Positions 25,439-38,051 of a stretch of DNA of 64,000 bases are shown here, one piece after another; the first letter of the stretch is position 1; the number at the start of each line of letters is the position of its first letter. The DNA is from Tubiluchus corallicola (taxonomy: Eukaryota; Animalia; Priapulida), in the NCBI GenBank assembly GCA_030141605.1, contig JAQGDQ010000102.1:105676-169675 (forward strand), read 5' to 3'. The notes beneath the pieces are model-generated. The model was not told where the DNA came from and searched no databases. It saw nothing but the letters and a program-made list of their open reading frames with translations. The position numbers and the translations under genes were made by a program.

Positions 25439-27921
25439 ATGGAGCCCCCGAAGGGCAACGCTGAGAAAAATTACTAACTCGTGGCCACGAATTATTAATT
25501 ACATAATGTAATTACCGAAACGGCGTTATGGCAGAAGAAATCAAACTAATCATGTTTTGAGGTTTTAAATCTTAAATATGCGTTTATTTGCCCATCATAT
25601 AGCTTAAAACTTGTAACGGAAAAAGTGCGTATAATAATTCGCTTACAGATTTTTACCGTTCTTATTTTTTAGGATTGTTTACATTAAAATTATAAAGTTT
25701 GCGTAATTTAGAGTTTTGAATATTGACTTTTTTGGTGGCAGCGTTTCTGGATTGTCTAATTTGGTGATCATTTTTGCTCAATCACGCATTTCTCACATTT
25801 AAAAGAAATGGACGCCTCATTTTTCAACCAAAGCCATTTTGAATTTAATTTTTATCTCAAGCACAGGGTGGGGAAGAAAGTTACTATATTTAAGAGCAGA
25901 TGTCTTTCGTTTTCTGGAAATACCTAGTAAGTTAATTAATTTTGAAAAAAACGAGAAAAGCTGGTTCACCTGTCAACCAACCCAACTGTTCCCCTCCAAA
26001 GCGGCTCCTGGCTGCACAATTACAAAACGCCTCGTGAATGGCTGAAATGGATGCTCATGTGGACTGACTTGCTAGGTCTGTCTGCAAATTTCAGCGAAAA
26101 ATGCACTTACTAGGTTTCTTAATTTGTCAACAACTCGCTTAAGAAACGTCAAAATCGTTCGGTGGAGAGATAGACCACGGTACTAAATATGCCCTGATAC
26201 CAGCAACTCAATTTTGCAACAAAATGGACTTACTAGATTTTTCGTGAAAACGGGAGGTGCACCTGAGTTTTAAAAAGCTGGGATTCTTTAATGGCCTGAG
26301 ACAGGGGCCACCATGTGAAAATTAGAAATTTGTGTTGTACTGTGATCTCAGTCAAATGATCGAAGGCACGCAGGACATTCAGGACGTAGGTCAGTTCGAG
26401 CTATAACATTAAATAACACAGGCTAAACTGTAGTTATGAAACTTGCAAAGTACATACCTAGGGTAAGAGGCATGATCATGGTGTGCCCTGAAGAGTCCAC
26501 TGGACAGCGATCAGTTTTAAAATTGTCATTCATCTCCGCCCAGGGATTTGAGCGAAATTCAAAATTTTTTGACATGTATTTAGAAACGCATGGGGTAGAT
26601 ACGTGCCTTGCCTTTTAAAAAGTTTGGATACTTTAAAACTCCCAGATAGAAGCCAAACTGTAATAACATTGAATAACTGTAAAACTATGGTATATAGATT
26701 AATGAAATTTACAAGGTAAAAATCTGGTGTAGCCGCAGCGGCCGATTATGATTTTATGGGCCTTAGGCTTGAGCTTGGAACGGGCCTTTTAAATGTTGCT
26801 ACACTGCTGAGCTGACGTGTTTTTGTGGAGCTCTCGTCGTTTGTAAGTTTGTTTAATTTTCTCAGTTTTTGCCCACCGATTGTGATAAAAATTATATCTT
26901 CTTGATCCTTGAGTTGTGGACTAGGACTATATAAACACGATTACAGCTTGATGAGTTTCTGGGTTAGATGTCAACTAAAATAAGCCAATCAGAAACTCTG
27001 AAAGTGACTTTAGTTTCTTACTAATTTCTTATACTTATTATAATCGTTTTATTTTGCCGGGCCCCTTTTGATCCAGGGCCTTAGGCTTCAGCCTATTCAG
27101 TCTGTAATGTATACGCTCAAATCAAAGTTGCGTTCCCATATCTATGTAGTTTATTCTGCAAAAATACAAATTTTCTGTAGTCTACTGAAGAGGTAATTAC
27201 TACATCTACAAATCTAGTGAAATGAAAGTGCTAGAAAATAAGTGCTACAGATTACTACGTTACACTAAAAAAGCTAAAATGCATACATACATTGTTGGTC
27301 CAATATTGAGTCGAGAAAAAGCCAGAATGTCAGTAAAAGATAGCAGTATAATTATAAGACAATTTTTAAATGCAACAAAGACGTGCGTACAGGACAAGTT
27401 CCACCTATACAATGTCAGAGTAGAAAAAGTAGTCTAGAGGTTGAGCTACAGTCTAATATGTTGTGGCTTCTAATGCATATACTACATTGAGAAGATGTAA
27501 TGGACCAAAACATTTGCACCTGCAACACAGTCTATAGGGCTATCCGCTACAGGGTGTAGGCGCTCAGCTAGAATAGGCCTAAGCTGGAAGCCAAAATGTG
27601 AAAACAGGGCAAAGTGCGGGGGTCACACATTAGCGAATCCGCATCGGACCAGGGATAGGCAAGTGGCGAGCATCTCGTGTAATGTCAAGTTTATCTCAGT
27701 TTTTCAAGAAACTGATAAGTGAAGTATAGCTACTTGCAGCTGTTGTCATTCATTAACCTGAATCTCTGTGCACGATCATACTAATTCGTGGCCAGGAATT
27801 AGCACCTCGTGCGCACGGATTAGTATTTCGAGGCCATAAATTAGTCTTTTGTGCGCACGGATCGGTACTTTGTGGCCACGAATTATTACGTTTTCTCAAC
27901 GTGACCCTTCGGGAGCTCCAT
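25439..27921. mobile_element. Non-autonomous TIR DNA transposon (~2.5 kb) with nested insertions
   Basis: Left end ATGGAGCCCCCGAAGGGCAACGCTGAGAAAAATTACTAACTCGTGGCCACGAA matches the reverse complement of the right end, ATGGAGCTCCCGAAGGGTCACGTTGAGAAAACGTAATAATTCGTGGCCACAAA. Subterminal ~22-bp repeats with palindromic cores (GTGGCCAC/GTGCGCAC) at 27783-27885. Confidence 0.8.
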
Positions 27922-28339
27922 ACGTATGCATTTTGGGAAAAGTGTGTGGAAAAAATATCCCTAGCTATGATCTATACAGAATGTGAAGAGTGACTTTAGC
28001 AAAGTATAAAATGAACATAATTTGCGTTAAAGCCAACCTTTAATACAGTCACTTTTTTAAAAATGACGAAAAAAAGTCACTTTGTAATGATTTCGTGATG
28101 ATTTTGATGTTGGTTTTCAAGACCAAGAATCAACATTTAATGCTCAAAATATCCTAGAACATAACACCATTTAGGATTTCAAGAAGGTAGCAAGACGGCT
28201 GCAAGTACAGCAACTTGTGTAACATTATTAGCCTTGCCGAACGTTTTACTGGAAACAGGATTCATTCATGTTGATCGCAATGTAAAAAACTCGTGATCTT
28301 GCATCTCTGAAACTGCATAAAAATCGCGTGGTTTACTGT

Positions 28340-29070
28340 GATGAATGCCTTTTTTTATATCAAGAAGGTGTTCTATTCATTACTTTTTATTGCATTGCTA
28401 ATTTTGTCTAACGGAGACAACAAGGCAATTTTTGTGGAAAATGTTTCGCGAAATTCGAACTGATACATATATAGCATATTATTTTCATTTACAAATTTGA
28501 TTAATCCTATGTACATAAGTTTTCTCAACACCTTGGACAACGTCGGGAGTAGAGAAACATGGCGGTAGTTAGTGAAACAGTATGATTCTTTTTTTTTTTT
28601 TGGTTCTTGTATATGGGGTTACTTTAGCTATCTTTAATTCTTTTGACACCTCGCCAGATGTAAAAAACAAGTTGAAACGTAATGTCAGCAGAATTGCCAC
28701 CTCTTTTGCTACAATTTTTAGAGTTTCAGTGGTTATGTCATCCCGAGCCAAGGGTTACTCTATTTTTTAATGATAATACAATTTTTTCTACATCATTATC
28801 GGTTAGTTGATCGAGAAATACACAGTCACCTAAACCATATTTCATGTAGTAAGAAGGATCTCTGTTAAGGATAGGAATTTCCTTCGCTATGTTTTGACCA
28901 ACGTTTACAAAAAAATGTTAAAATTGTTAGCAATTGCTGTCGAATCTGTTATCTCCTTTTCGCTACCGTTATTTTTAAACATTGTTTACTGAAGATTCAC
29001 TCTTGCTTATGACTTGCTTAATTTTTTCCCAAACATGACAATGTTGTGATTATTTTCATTTAACTTATTA
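28340..29070 (-). mobile_element. LINE (CR1/L2-type) ORF2 fragment, RT N-terminal region
   Basis: Minus strand ELKIAKVTP...LFTNYRHVSLLPTLSKVLRKLMY, with frameshifts. Confidence 0.85.
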
Positions 29071-29404
29071 TGAAAATAATCACGAGCCGGCAGTTCTAAT
29101 CAATGTAAGCACCTTATTTTTATAGCGCTTATCCGTGTTCAACACTTTATATTCAACGATTATATTATACGTGTTCAACGATTTACTGTTTAAATTGTCG
29201 CAATGTACCCTACTCTTTCGCTTTGTACTAGCCAGAGAGCTGGTTTCATACCATAAAAGAGAGAGAAACAAACAGAAGGGGGTACTGTTTGTAGATATAT
29301 CATAGATATTTCACAGAAATTGTAGAAACAATTGGGGTATTTCAACATTTTTTTCATCAGTTTTTATCTGTTTCTTGAAAGTTATTTTTAATTTGTGTTT
29401 CAAG

Positions 29405-32400
29405 ATGTTGGCATTTATTTCTGGGACTCGTGGATGCCTGTATTGGTTTACACTGGCGTTGATAACTTCTCGGTTCACACATGTATTATCACAGGAGGAG
29501 GCGGAAGACGAGGAGGAGGAGGAGGAGGAGCAGGAGGAGCAGGAGGAAGAGGAGAATGAGGAAGAGGAGGCGGTAGAAGAGGACGAAAATGAAGAGCAGG
29601 AGCAGGAGGAAGAGGAGGAAGAGGAGGACGAGGCAGAGGAGGAGGACGAGCAGGAGGAGAACGATGAGGAAGAGCAGGAAGAGCAGGAGCAGGAGGAAGA
29701 GGAGAACGAGGAAGAGGAGGAACAGCAGCAGGAGGAGGAGGAGGAGGACGAGGAAGAGGAGGGGGTAGAAGAGGACGAAAATGAAGAGGAGGAGGAGAAC
29801 GATGAGAAAGAGGAGGAGGAGCAGGAGCAGGAGGACGAGGAGGAAGAGGAGGACGAGGCAGAGGAGGAGGACGAGCAGGAGGAGAACGATGAGGAAGAGG
29901 AGGAGGACGAGGAAGAAGAGGAGGACGAGGAAGAGGAGGAACAGCAGGAGGAGAACGATGAGGAAGAGGAGGCAGAGGAGGAGGAGGAGGACGAGGAAGG
30001 GGCAGAAGAGCAGGAGGAGGAGGAGGAGGACGACGAAGAAGGTAATCAATTTAGCTATACATTTTTAATGATTAAGGATTAATACTACATATTAGCGTGT
30101 TCAGCATTATTATCATCATCATTGCCACTGCCGTCATTACTGCCTTTACTACTACAGTTTTCTTGACAAAGTAATGCGCAGTTCTTTGACTTTGTTGCCT
30201 TGTCGTATCATTAAGACTTAATGCAGCAAAGATCGCAGTTATCCAGTTTTTTTTATCGCAAAACTGAGTCAAGTAGAAGTTCACAAATTAAAATCGCCTG
30301 AAAATTTTAGCGAAATACCGCAATCGTTTTGCTCATATATCGCAATATAATTTTATTTTACATTTTTATTTGAAAATCAACAGCTCTATTTTATTAATTC
30401 AAAGTGCCAAATGTAACATAAACAAATGTTATTTTATATGCATTTTATAGAATGTTAAATAAATTTTAGTTACTATAAAAATGTCAATAATGCGGAGCTA
30501 TGGTTCGAGATTTTTGCCAGCCTGACATATTTGACACGTTGTGCAACATTCTGCAACACTCTTTCTTACTACTGTTCAAAAGTACTTTTTCCTTGTTTTG
30601 TTAATACCCAAATGACCGCGCATTGGAACTTCGCGTGCCAATTTCAGGATTTCGGCTTTGTGAGCTCTCAAACTGTTTGTAATGTTATTTGGCGATTATG
30701 TAGATCCAGATCATGTTACTAGTGAATCTAGTTATTCCCTGAAGTTAAGTAACGATAAAATATTGACCAACTTACGTGAGAAGTTGAAGAATTTAGAGGA
30801 CACTCAGATTCAAGATTTGAAAAACCTTCTAATGAAGCATAAGCAATTGTTTCCTGATGTGCCCAAGCGTACTGATGTTACATATTATGATGTAAATGTT
30901 GGTGATTCCACACATATTAGGCAACACCCATACAGAGTTAATCCTCTTCTGCCGCATCTATGAGTGGCCACAACCGCATTAATACACTCTCTTGTAGGTA
31001 GTAAACCAATTAACCAACTGGATAGTTCTCCTCTTCTCGCTTATGAGTTTGTCCAGAAGAGGACCAATCTCTACATCTGTCTTTTGGTTCTCTTTCAATT
31101 GATCGAGTCGTGAAGTTATTTCACCATGTCATACTTCTGATCTTCCCTCTATATTTTCTGCAAACTGCTCCGTCTCTCATGATTTCCTCACTTCTTTTTA
31201 ATTAGCGACACAAATGTTTCTGACAAATCCACTACCCCTTCCTGTTTTTCATTTGCTGCACTGTTGGTCATTGCTCTCGCAACTGCGCAGGCTGAATATA
31301 CTGAGTTAATCAATTTCCCCTACATTAGTCCTAGGTACGGTGCAGCAGACAATAAGGCTCAATTGTTATGCCCTTACCCAAATCGGTTCCCAACACCTTT
31401 GAAATTTCTGAAGGCAAACTTGGACCTACTACCACCTGAACAGATCGGGTAAGCATGTTCGACTTGAGGCACAGGGCGTGAATCATGACAATGGTATGCT
31501 GTTGTCATACCACTGTCTTTGGTACTGGTAAAGCATCCTCCAACAAAACTAACGCAGCAGCAGCTCCAGTGTCTCTCAGAATCTTAACAAACCTTCCTGT
31601 ATTTTCACCTCCAACAAATCCGTCAGGAATCCCTTTAGATTCCCTCTCAACTGTTCTTTCGCCAATTCCCACTCAGCCCTTCTTTCCGTCAATTCTCTCC
31701 ACTACCTTTCTTTCCTTCAGTTTTAATCTTTTCATTTCTATCTGCATCCCCACCTCCTTCAAATTCAATTTCAACACTTGCTTCGTCATCACTAGTACCT
31801 GTTGCAATTCCGCCTTTTTCATTCTGTAACTTCCGTTCAGTTTCACCTTTTCGACTATTTGCCCCTTTAATTTTCTTAACGTATCAAGAGCTGGAGATGC
31901 CACAAAAACTTCAACATCAAACTCCAACATGTTTGAAAGATGATCAACTCACTATAATCACTCAATACTCAGTAAAGCTCATATAATTCTATCTCGGACT
32001 AGTCCCCAAATATTACGTGCTATAGCCCCACAAGCTATCTCGTGACAATAAAATAAATCAGAACAACTCAAACAGGATTATAGCTAAACAATCAACAATT
32101 CTAGTCTGTTAATTCAAAGAAAGAAACGCTTATTCTCTAATTAGTACACTATGCAGATTAGTTTGTCTATATTTAAGCAGTGTCCTTCCTTCCTCTGTGT
32201 GTCCTATACCTGATGTTACACCATACTAATAGCTTCCCACGTTAGATATAAACAAATTTCTGACAGTTCATTAGATATACACCCATACCCCCCACTAAAT
32301 ATAACAACGACACAAGATGGCTGCGTTGCACTAGCTTAACTAAAACTTCACTAACTAACCACCAAGATGGCTAACAAGTGCTACACCTACACCCGTTTAT

Positions 32401-35400
32401 CGCAAGTCTAAAACACTAATTACAATATAAAATCAATTGCTTCAAAGTTGATGTTAAAAGCTCGGAGTTTTAGTTGCCAATGATCTAGGTCTCAGTAAAT
32501 TGCACACATAACGTGTGAAGCATGCGCACTAAGTTTCTAAGTGCCCATAGCTACTATCATCTAATAGATATCGTTTGTTCTTGAGGGTATTGTGTGCTAA
32601 TTAACTCATGACGAAACATAGCAGAAAACGTATGCAAATCCGTTAGGTGATACTAATTCAATTTGGTTTAATTCTTTATTTTGAACTATTAAGTGTATAA
32701 TATAAAATGTGCTGAAAGTACTTACTTGCTTAGTACAGATAATAACTACGTAAAAATAATAACAACCATTTATGCATAACGTAAATCATTAATGCGTATT
32801 CACGACATTCACAGAACAGTACGTTTATTATATTTAACAAAGCATAGTTACTACTTGAATGAATGCCATCTTGAACATCTTGGCCATCTTGGTGGTTAGC
32901 GAAGTTTTAGTTAAGCTACTGCAACGCAGCCATCTTGTGTCGTTGTTTGTGGTTTATTATATCTAATGAACTCGTTTTAATTCCATCTAGTGTGGGAAGC
33001 GATTAGTGTGGGGTAACATCGGGTACAGGACACAGAGGAAGGAAGGACAATATAGATTATAGATTAACTAGTTTGCATGGCGTACCAGTTAAATACGAAT
33101 AAGTGTTTCTAACTTAAACACCCGATTATCTGCGTACGAGTTTATTCCTTTCTGACACCAAGCTACAGTCTCTCCAAAACCGAACTAATTGCGAGTCAAT
33201 AATTAGATGTTAGCCAACAAATTGCCAATAAATTCTTCAAAAACTAAGTACTACATGCTAATAGGAAAGAAAATACCACAAAATAAGAATTCTTTGTTTA
33301 ATTTAAAAATAGGTAACTACGACTTAATTCAAACCAATTGACCAATTGCATGAAGTACCTTGGGCTCCAAATTGATAGTAATATGAAATGCAAGACTCAT
33401 ATTAACACTATAACAACAAAACTAAGTAAGACTGTAGGCATATTTGCGAAACTACTTTATTTGTTATTGTACCAATCCTCAAAATGATACATTACGCTTT
33501 TATATATCCCTAATTACAGTATGGCATTTTGTGATGGGGAAAACAAAGCAAATACATATTACAACAACTTATCACTGTACAAAACAAAATTATTAAACTG
33601 ATTACATTCTCTCATTACATTGCACAAGCTGCACCTTCATATAACCAGTTAAATATACTAAAAGTTTACGATATTTATATACATTATAGCTTGGAACTCT
33701 TTAAATTTATGTACAGGTACAACACAGACCACTTTGCCAGGTTTATACAAGTATTACTTTTTAAAAATAAGAGAAGGTCCATTCACATTCCACGAGATCC
33801 TCAAATAAAGGCCACTATTTTCAAAGTAGGTTCAAGATCCAACATACTTTGAACTCTCTCCACCATAATGGTGTCAAACTTTACAATAGTCTCCCTTCTG
33901 AAATCATAGACTCCCAAACATCGCACATTGCAACAAAAAAAAATCGTTTGCATCTAATTCGGAACTATGCTATTTAGTGAAGGAAATTCAGTAAGAAATC
34001 TTAACCACCCCATTTTGTCTGTTTCGTTTCTAAATTACTAAATTTCTTAATTTATCGTCTGATAGCTATTCATTATATATCCCCATACTCTGAATTTTTT
34101 CTTTGGCATACCACTATCTTGCATGGACACCAATTTACCAAAATAAATAAACTACTTTTAAACTTAATATGTTTTTACGCCATACCATTTTTATTATTGT
34201 TTGATCATTGGATTCGTTTACTCTATTTTTCGCGTAAATTATAGTTTAATGATTTTCAGTTTTGACAGTCTGATTTTGCTTTCATTCTTTGGTTCATCTG
34301 ATGGATTGAGTTTCTTTAAATTGAAATTCTGGTTTTGTAATTAATTGTGTTTCATCTCAATAACAATATTTATCTATTGTTTGCCATTTTCAATTTTAAC
34401 CCGATCTCAACTGATTATGTTTGATATGACTACAGTTTAGCATTGCTTTCATTCTGTTTCTTGGTTCTTCATTTTAAATTTTGGTTCTGTTTGTTAATTT
34501 TAATTTTGTTTCACTTTATCTACTTTTATTTATTGTTTGCCATTTTTAATTTTAAACTTATTTGAACTCATTATCTTAATTTCTGTCAAACTATCCTTAT
34601 TTTTCTTTTTTTTCAGATTGATAATTTATATTTCTTTATCTATGTCTACTTGACAGGTCATTCAATTTTCTCTAATTCTGTATAGAGGTGGCTGACTTGG
34701 TGACCGTTTGTCACGGATTCCCATGATTGAGTTCAACTCTGCTGCTAGACTTTTCATTTACAGTATTGCAAACTAGTTTATTCCGGTTCCTACAACTTTA
34801 GCAAATCTACCTAGAGTCGCTCAATTAGGTTAACCTTGAATTATTTATACGGGCTTCATTCTAAAGTTATAAATTCCATCGTCACTTTTGTACAGGTGAC
34901 CATTTGACGATCGCTATTCCTACAAGCAAACGTCATATGATCCGCCTAATTCGTTAGCTTATCTTTTTCCTCTTTTCAATAGTTTTTTATAGTTGTGTGC
35001 TGATCTGCGTGTTATATATTTAGCATTGGTACTCTGCGTTTATTGCATTAACTACGTGATAAAGTGAATAATTATCTGTAATTGGTTGTCCTTCTGTGAT
35101 AGAAAGTAATAATGTAAATGCGAAAAAATCATGTAATTTGCAATAAATTATATTTTGGGTGACCACTCTTTTAATCAAATAGTTGTTTGATTATTAAAGC
35201 GGTTTTTATTAAAAGTCAAGAATTAATCTAAATTATATATTTCAATAGCAGCAAACCATTTTAATTAGAAACTCGTAAACTTGAGCGTTATGCACCTTTT
35301 TCTATAAAACCAAATTAGACTATATACATTCCCACGCATTTGTTTAATTCTAATCAGCAAATTAAAAACCAGGCCGATGTCTCTCCCACAAACTTCTGAA

Positions 35401-38051
35401 AAAATGAGCATTTTTCACACTGTTGGTCTTTTCGCCACCCTGTCTTTTTTCTTTCTTATTATATTTTTGCTTTTGTTTATTGTCATCCTGTAAAAAAATC
35501 AACGACATATAAATTATATACTTACTTAGTTACTTGCTTAATGCAAGACACAAAAAATCACAAACACCCAGAAACTTTCTTGTATTGCTATAATTTTATA
35601 AAAAAAAACTGTTGATAACACGAAAAAGCCGTTACTAGAATTTTATGTGAAATTATTTGTTGTTGTTGTTTTTACAGAACACTACGGCTGCAGTTGTCCA
35701 CCAGGACCCTCAGGTCCCCCTGGTCCTAGTGGTGAAACTGGTCCATCAGGTCCTAGCGGACCTTCTGGTCCTCCTGGTTCCAGTGGCCCTTCTGGTGACA
35801 CTGGACCAAGTGGTCCTTCAGGTCCTTCAGGTCCTCCTGGTCCTTCTGGGGAACCAGGACTCTCTGGGCCTTCAGGACCTTCTGGAGAACCTGGTCCTTC
35901 TGGCCCATCTGGTCCTTCAGGTCCTCCTGGTCCTTCTGGGCAACCAGGTCCCTCTGGGCCTTCTGGACCTGCTGGCCCCTCTGGTTCTTCAGGTCCATCT
36001 GGCCCATCTGGTCCTAGTGGGGCAGCTGGACCTAGTGGCCCACCTGGACCTTCTGGTCCACCTGGCCCTTCTGGACCTTCTGGGCCTTCTGGACCTAAAG
36101 GTATGAAAGGAATGAAAGGAATGAAAGGTCATAAAGGTGAACGAGGATGGCAAGGCGCACCAGGTACGTTCGTGAAAATTAAAAGCTGTTTTAAATTGTG
36201 AACATTCAACTGGTCCTGGATATGGTAAACAGGTCAGTAAGTGTGTTATATCCGGAACTATCGTTACCAAAATCATAGGATTCATTTTAAGACTAGATAG
36301 CTTATCAACGGTACTGCTCAAATCAAGTTAATAATGCACATACTTGATCCCAATTCCGAAATTAAAAGAAATCCCGGGGCTAAGACCATGTTTACATTTT
36401 GCTTATCTATTTACACAAAAGGATCAAAAGAAACATAAATATAAATAAGAGCGGAGTGCAATTTTGGTCACATGCTATTTGTATAACTCTTGTTGGAATT
36501 TTTAGAAGTGGCACTTGTAATTTGGCAGGCTCCGGATCTTAAAGTGTTTCTTTCTTGAAGGTGCTGGTGGTGGTGGAGGTGGTGGTGGTGGTGGCGGTAG
36601 CGGTGGCGGTGGCGGTGGCGGCGACGGCGGCGGCGGTGGTGGTGGCTTACGAAATTTGAATTAGTACAATATGTGGTCAAATATATATGGAGGTGGCGGC
36701 AACAACAAATCTCGGTGATCAATTTACAGCGCGAATGCTCCCCAAAGTGCTCATCTAATGAATTCTTGAAAACGTTTATCGACAGTGAACGTCTAACTGA
36801 CGCAGGAAGCTTGTTCCAAATGGGCCCACAAATGGGCACACTTATCGTACACAAGAAGGAATCGTGATAACAAGTTTTGTGCTTTGCACGAGGTTGGTGC
36901 AACACACTGCTCGAAGACAGTACGATTTGCTCAAACTGTAATGGTGACATATTTGTCAAATAAACGTTATTTAATAATTTATAACAGGGAATCAGCTAAC
37001 CTCTTAGACATCTATAACTTAGAGCAGTCAACCTAATTTTCTTTAATTGGTCAGAGTATGATAATCCAAGTAACGCTCAGATTATGAATAAGTTAAAGAA
37101 ACTGGAGCGTCATTTTCATTGACCATTTAATAATCAAACACATAACCATCACCAACTGAGATTATTTTAGACTTGGTAAAAAGAAATCTCATTCCATTTC
37201 AATCAGCCCATGAGGAAAATGAGTCAAGATCGCATTGCAGTTATTTACAGTTTATCTCTGTGTCAGCTGTATTACACAGTTTTAAATCATCTGCGAAATG
37301 TCGAATTTGGCACTTGACACATTCAGGTAAATCGTTTATAAAAACAACGAAAAGCAAAGGTCCCAGCACTGATCCCGGTGGTACACCTTTGGTTAAAAAT
37401 TTGTCTTTGCGCATGTTTTTGAATAAAATACGTATAACTACACCCATGTATCCGTTCATTATAATTAGTTTATCCGTATTCATATGCATTGTAAATAGAA
37501 GTTCATTCCAGTTCATTATTTAATGTTGTTGATAACCACAAGCAGTTTCACAAACAAAGTTTATATAAAAACATCAATCAAATTAAAAACCGTTATACAG
37601 TTCTCTTCATCAAATCATTCGAATTTCAATTTTAAGTATGCGCCTATGCGGATCCTTGTCAAAGTGATACAAATTGTAAAGGATTACAAAAACACAACAA
37701 AACAAGTTTAAACAACTAAACGCCAGATATACAAATTTTTCTTTAACGTATTCCCTAATATGTTTTTTTAGAATTTAGGACATTCATAGCCAGCTGATTA
37801 TTTTTAAATAGCTAGCCCTAAACTGAGTCTTACGAAGAAGCTAAAATAATAATAATATGAATGTACTTCCAGGTAAGTGCACCTGCCCGCCGGTTAAGCG
37901 TGACTACCCTCGTAATCCAAGGCAGTTTGCTCGCTTTATTCCTGGCATGATTGAAGATCTGACGAAGATGAAAGATTTAAGCGATGCAGTGAATAAAAAT
38001 CACCGTCGATTACGCAACCAGAGAAAGGGGCTCACTCTACGGAACGTCTAA
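29405..38051 (+). CDS. Secreted short-chain collagen with an N-terminal poly-acidic domain (~433 aa)
   Basis: Exon 29405-30041: [29 protein letters not shown] (signal-like), then ~180 aa of E/D/Q/N; donor G|GTAATC. Exon 35678-36163: tttacag|; EHYGCSCPP plus 51 Gly-X-Y triplets; donor CAG|GTACGT. Exon 37873-38051: ttccag|; [12 protein letters not shown]...GLTLRNV*. Both introns are phase 1 and the total of 1302 nt is in frame. Confidence 0.85.
30500..32390 (-). mobile_element. Decayed Gmr1-like Ty3/Gypsy element: 5' LTR, tRNA-Pro PBS, gag start, protease, integrase HHCC; lies in collagen intron 1
   Basis: LTR ~32390-32011. PBS TGGGGACTAGTCCGAGAT (32008-31991) matches the tRNA-Pro PBS TGGGGGCTCGTCCGGGAT at 15/18. 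Coding remnants in order: gag [13 protein letters not shown] at 31930; protease VKILRDTGA (~31590-31560); SACAVARAM; VDLSETF; [12 protein letters not shown]; integrase [20 protein letters not shown]...CTTCQICQ (30655-30520). Confidence 0.85.
30682..30945 (+). mobile_element. Inverted pol fragment (segment preceding RT) embedded in the Gmr1-like element
   Basis: [17 protein letters not shown]...[33 protein letters not shown] on the plus strand. Confidence 0.8.
32880..33110 (+). mobile_element. Partial LTR copy, inverted relative to 32130-32375
   Basis: gccatcttggtggttag-gaagttttagttaagcta-tgcaacgcagccatcttgtgtcgttgtt is the reverse complement of 32300-32372. Confidence 0.8.
33345..34710 (+). 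mobile_element. L2/Crack-like LINE 3' end with a long AT-rich 3' UTR; tail resumes at ~35422-35540
   Basis: [31 protein letters not shown]...YAFIYP*LQYGIL*WG. The 3' motif acttgacaggtca...gtggctgac-tgg-gacc is shared with 41784-41841. Confidence 0.75.
36400..37400 (-). mobile_element. CR1-type LINE fragment in collagen intron 2, with a (GGT/GGC)n tract at 36560-36645
   Basis: [37 protein letters not shown] (RT motifs) and [22 protein letters not shown] (ORF2 C-terminus). Confidence 0.9.

Noticed and set aside
29489-30068. Poly-Leu (minus) and poly-Arg (plus) ORFs
   Set aside because: Shadow frames of the poly-Glu exon.
35657-36321. Three alternative ORFs over the collagen exon
   Set aside because: Shadow frames of the Gly-X-Y repeat.
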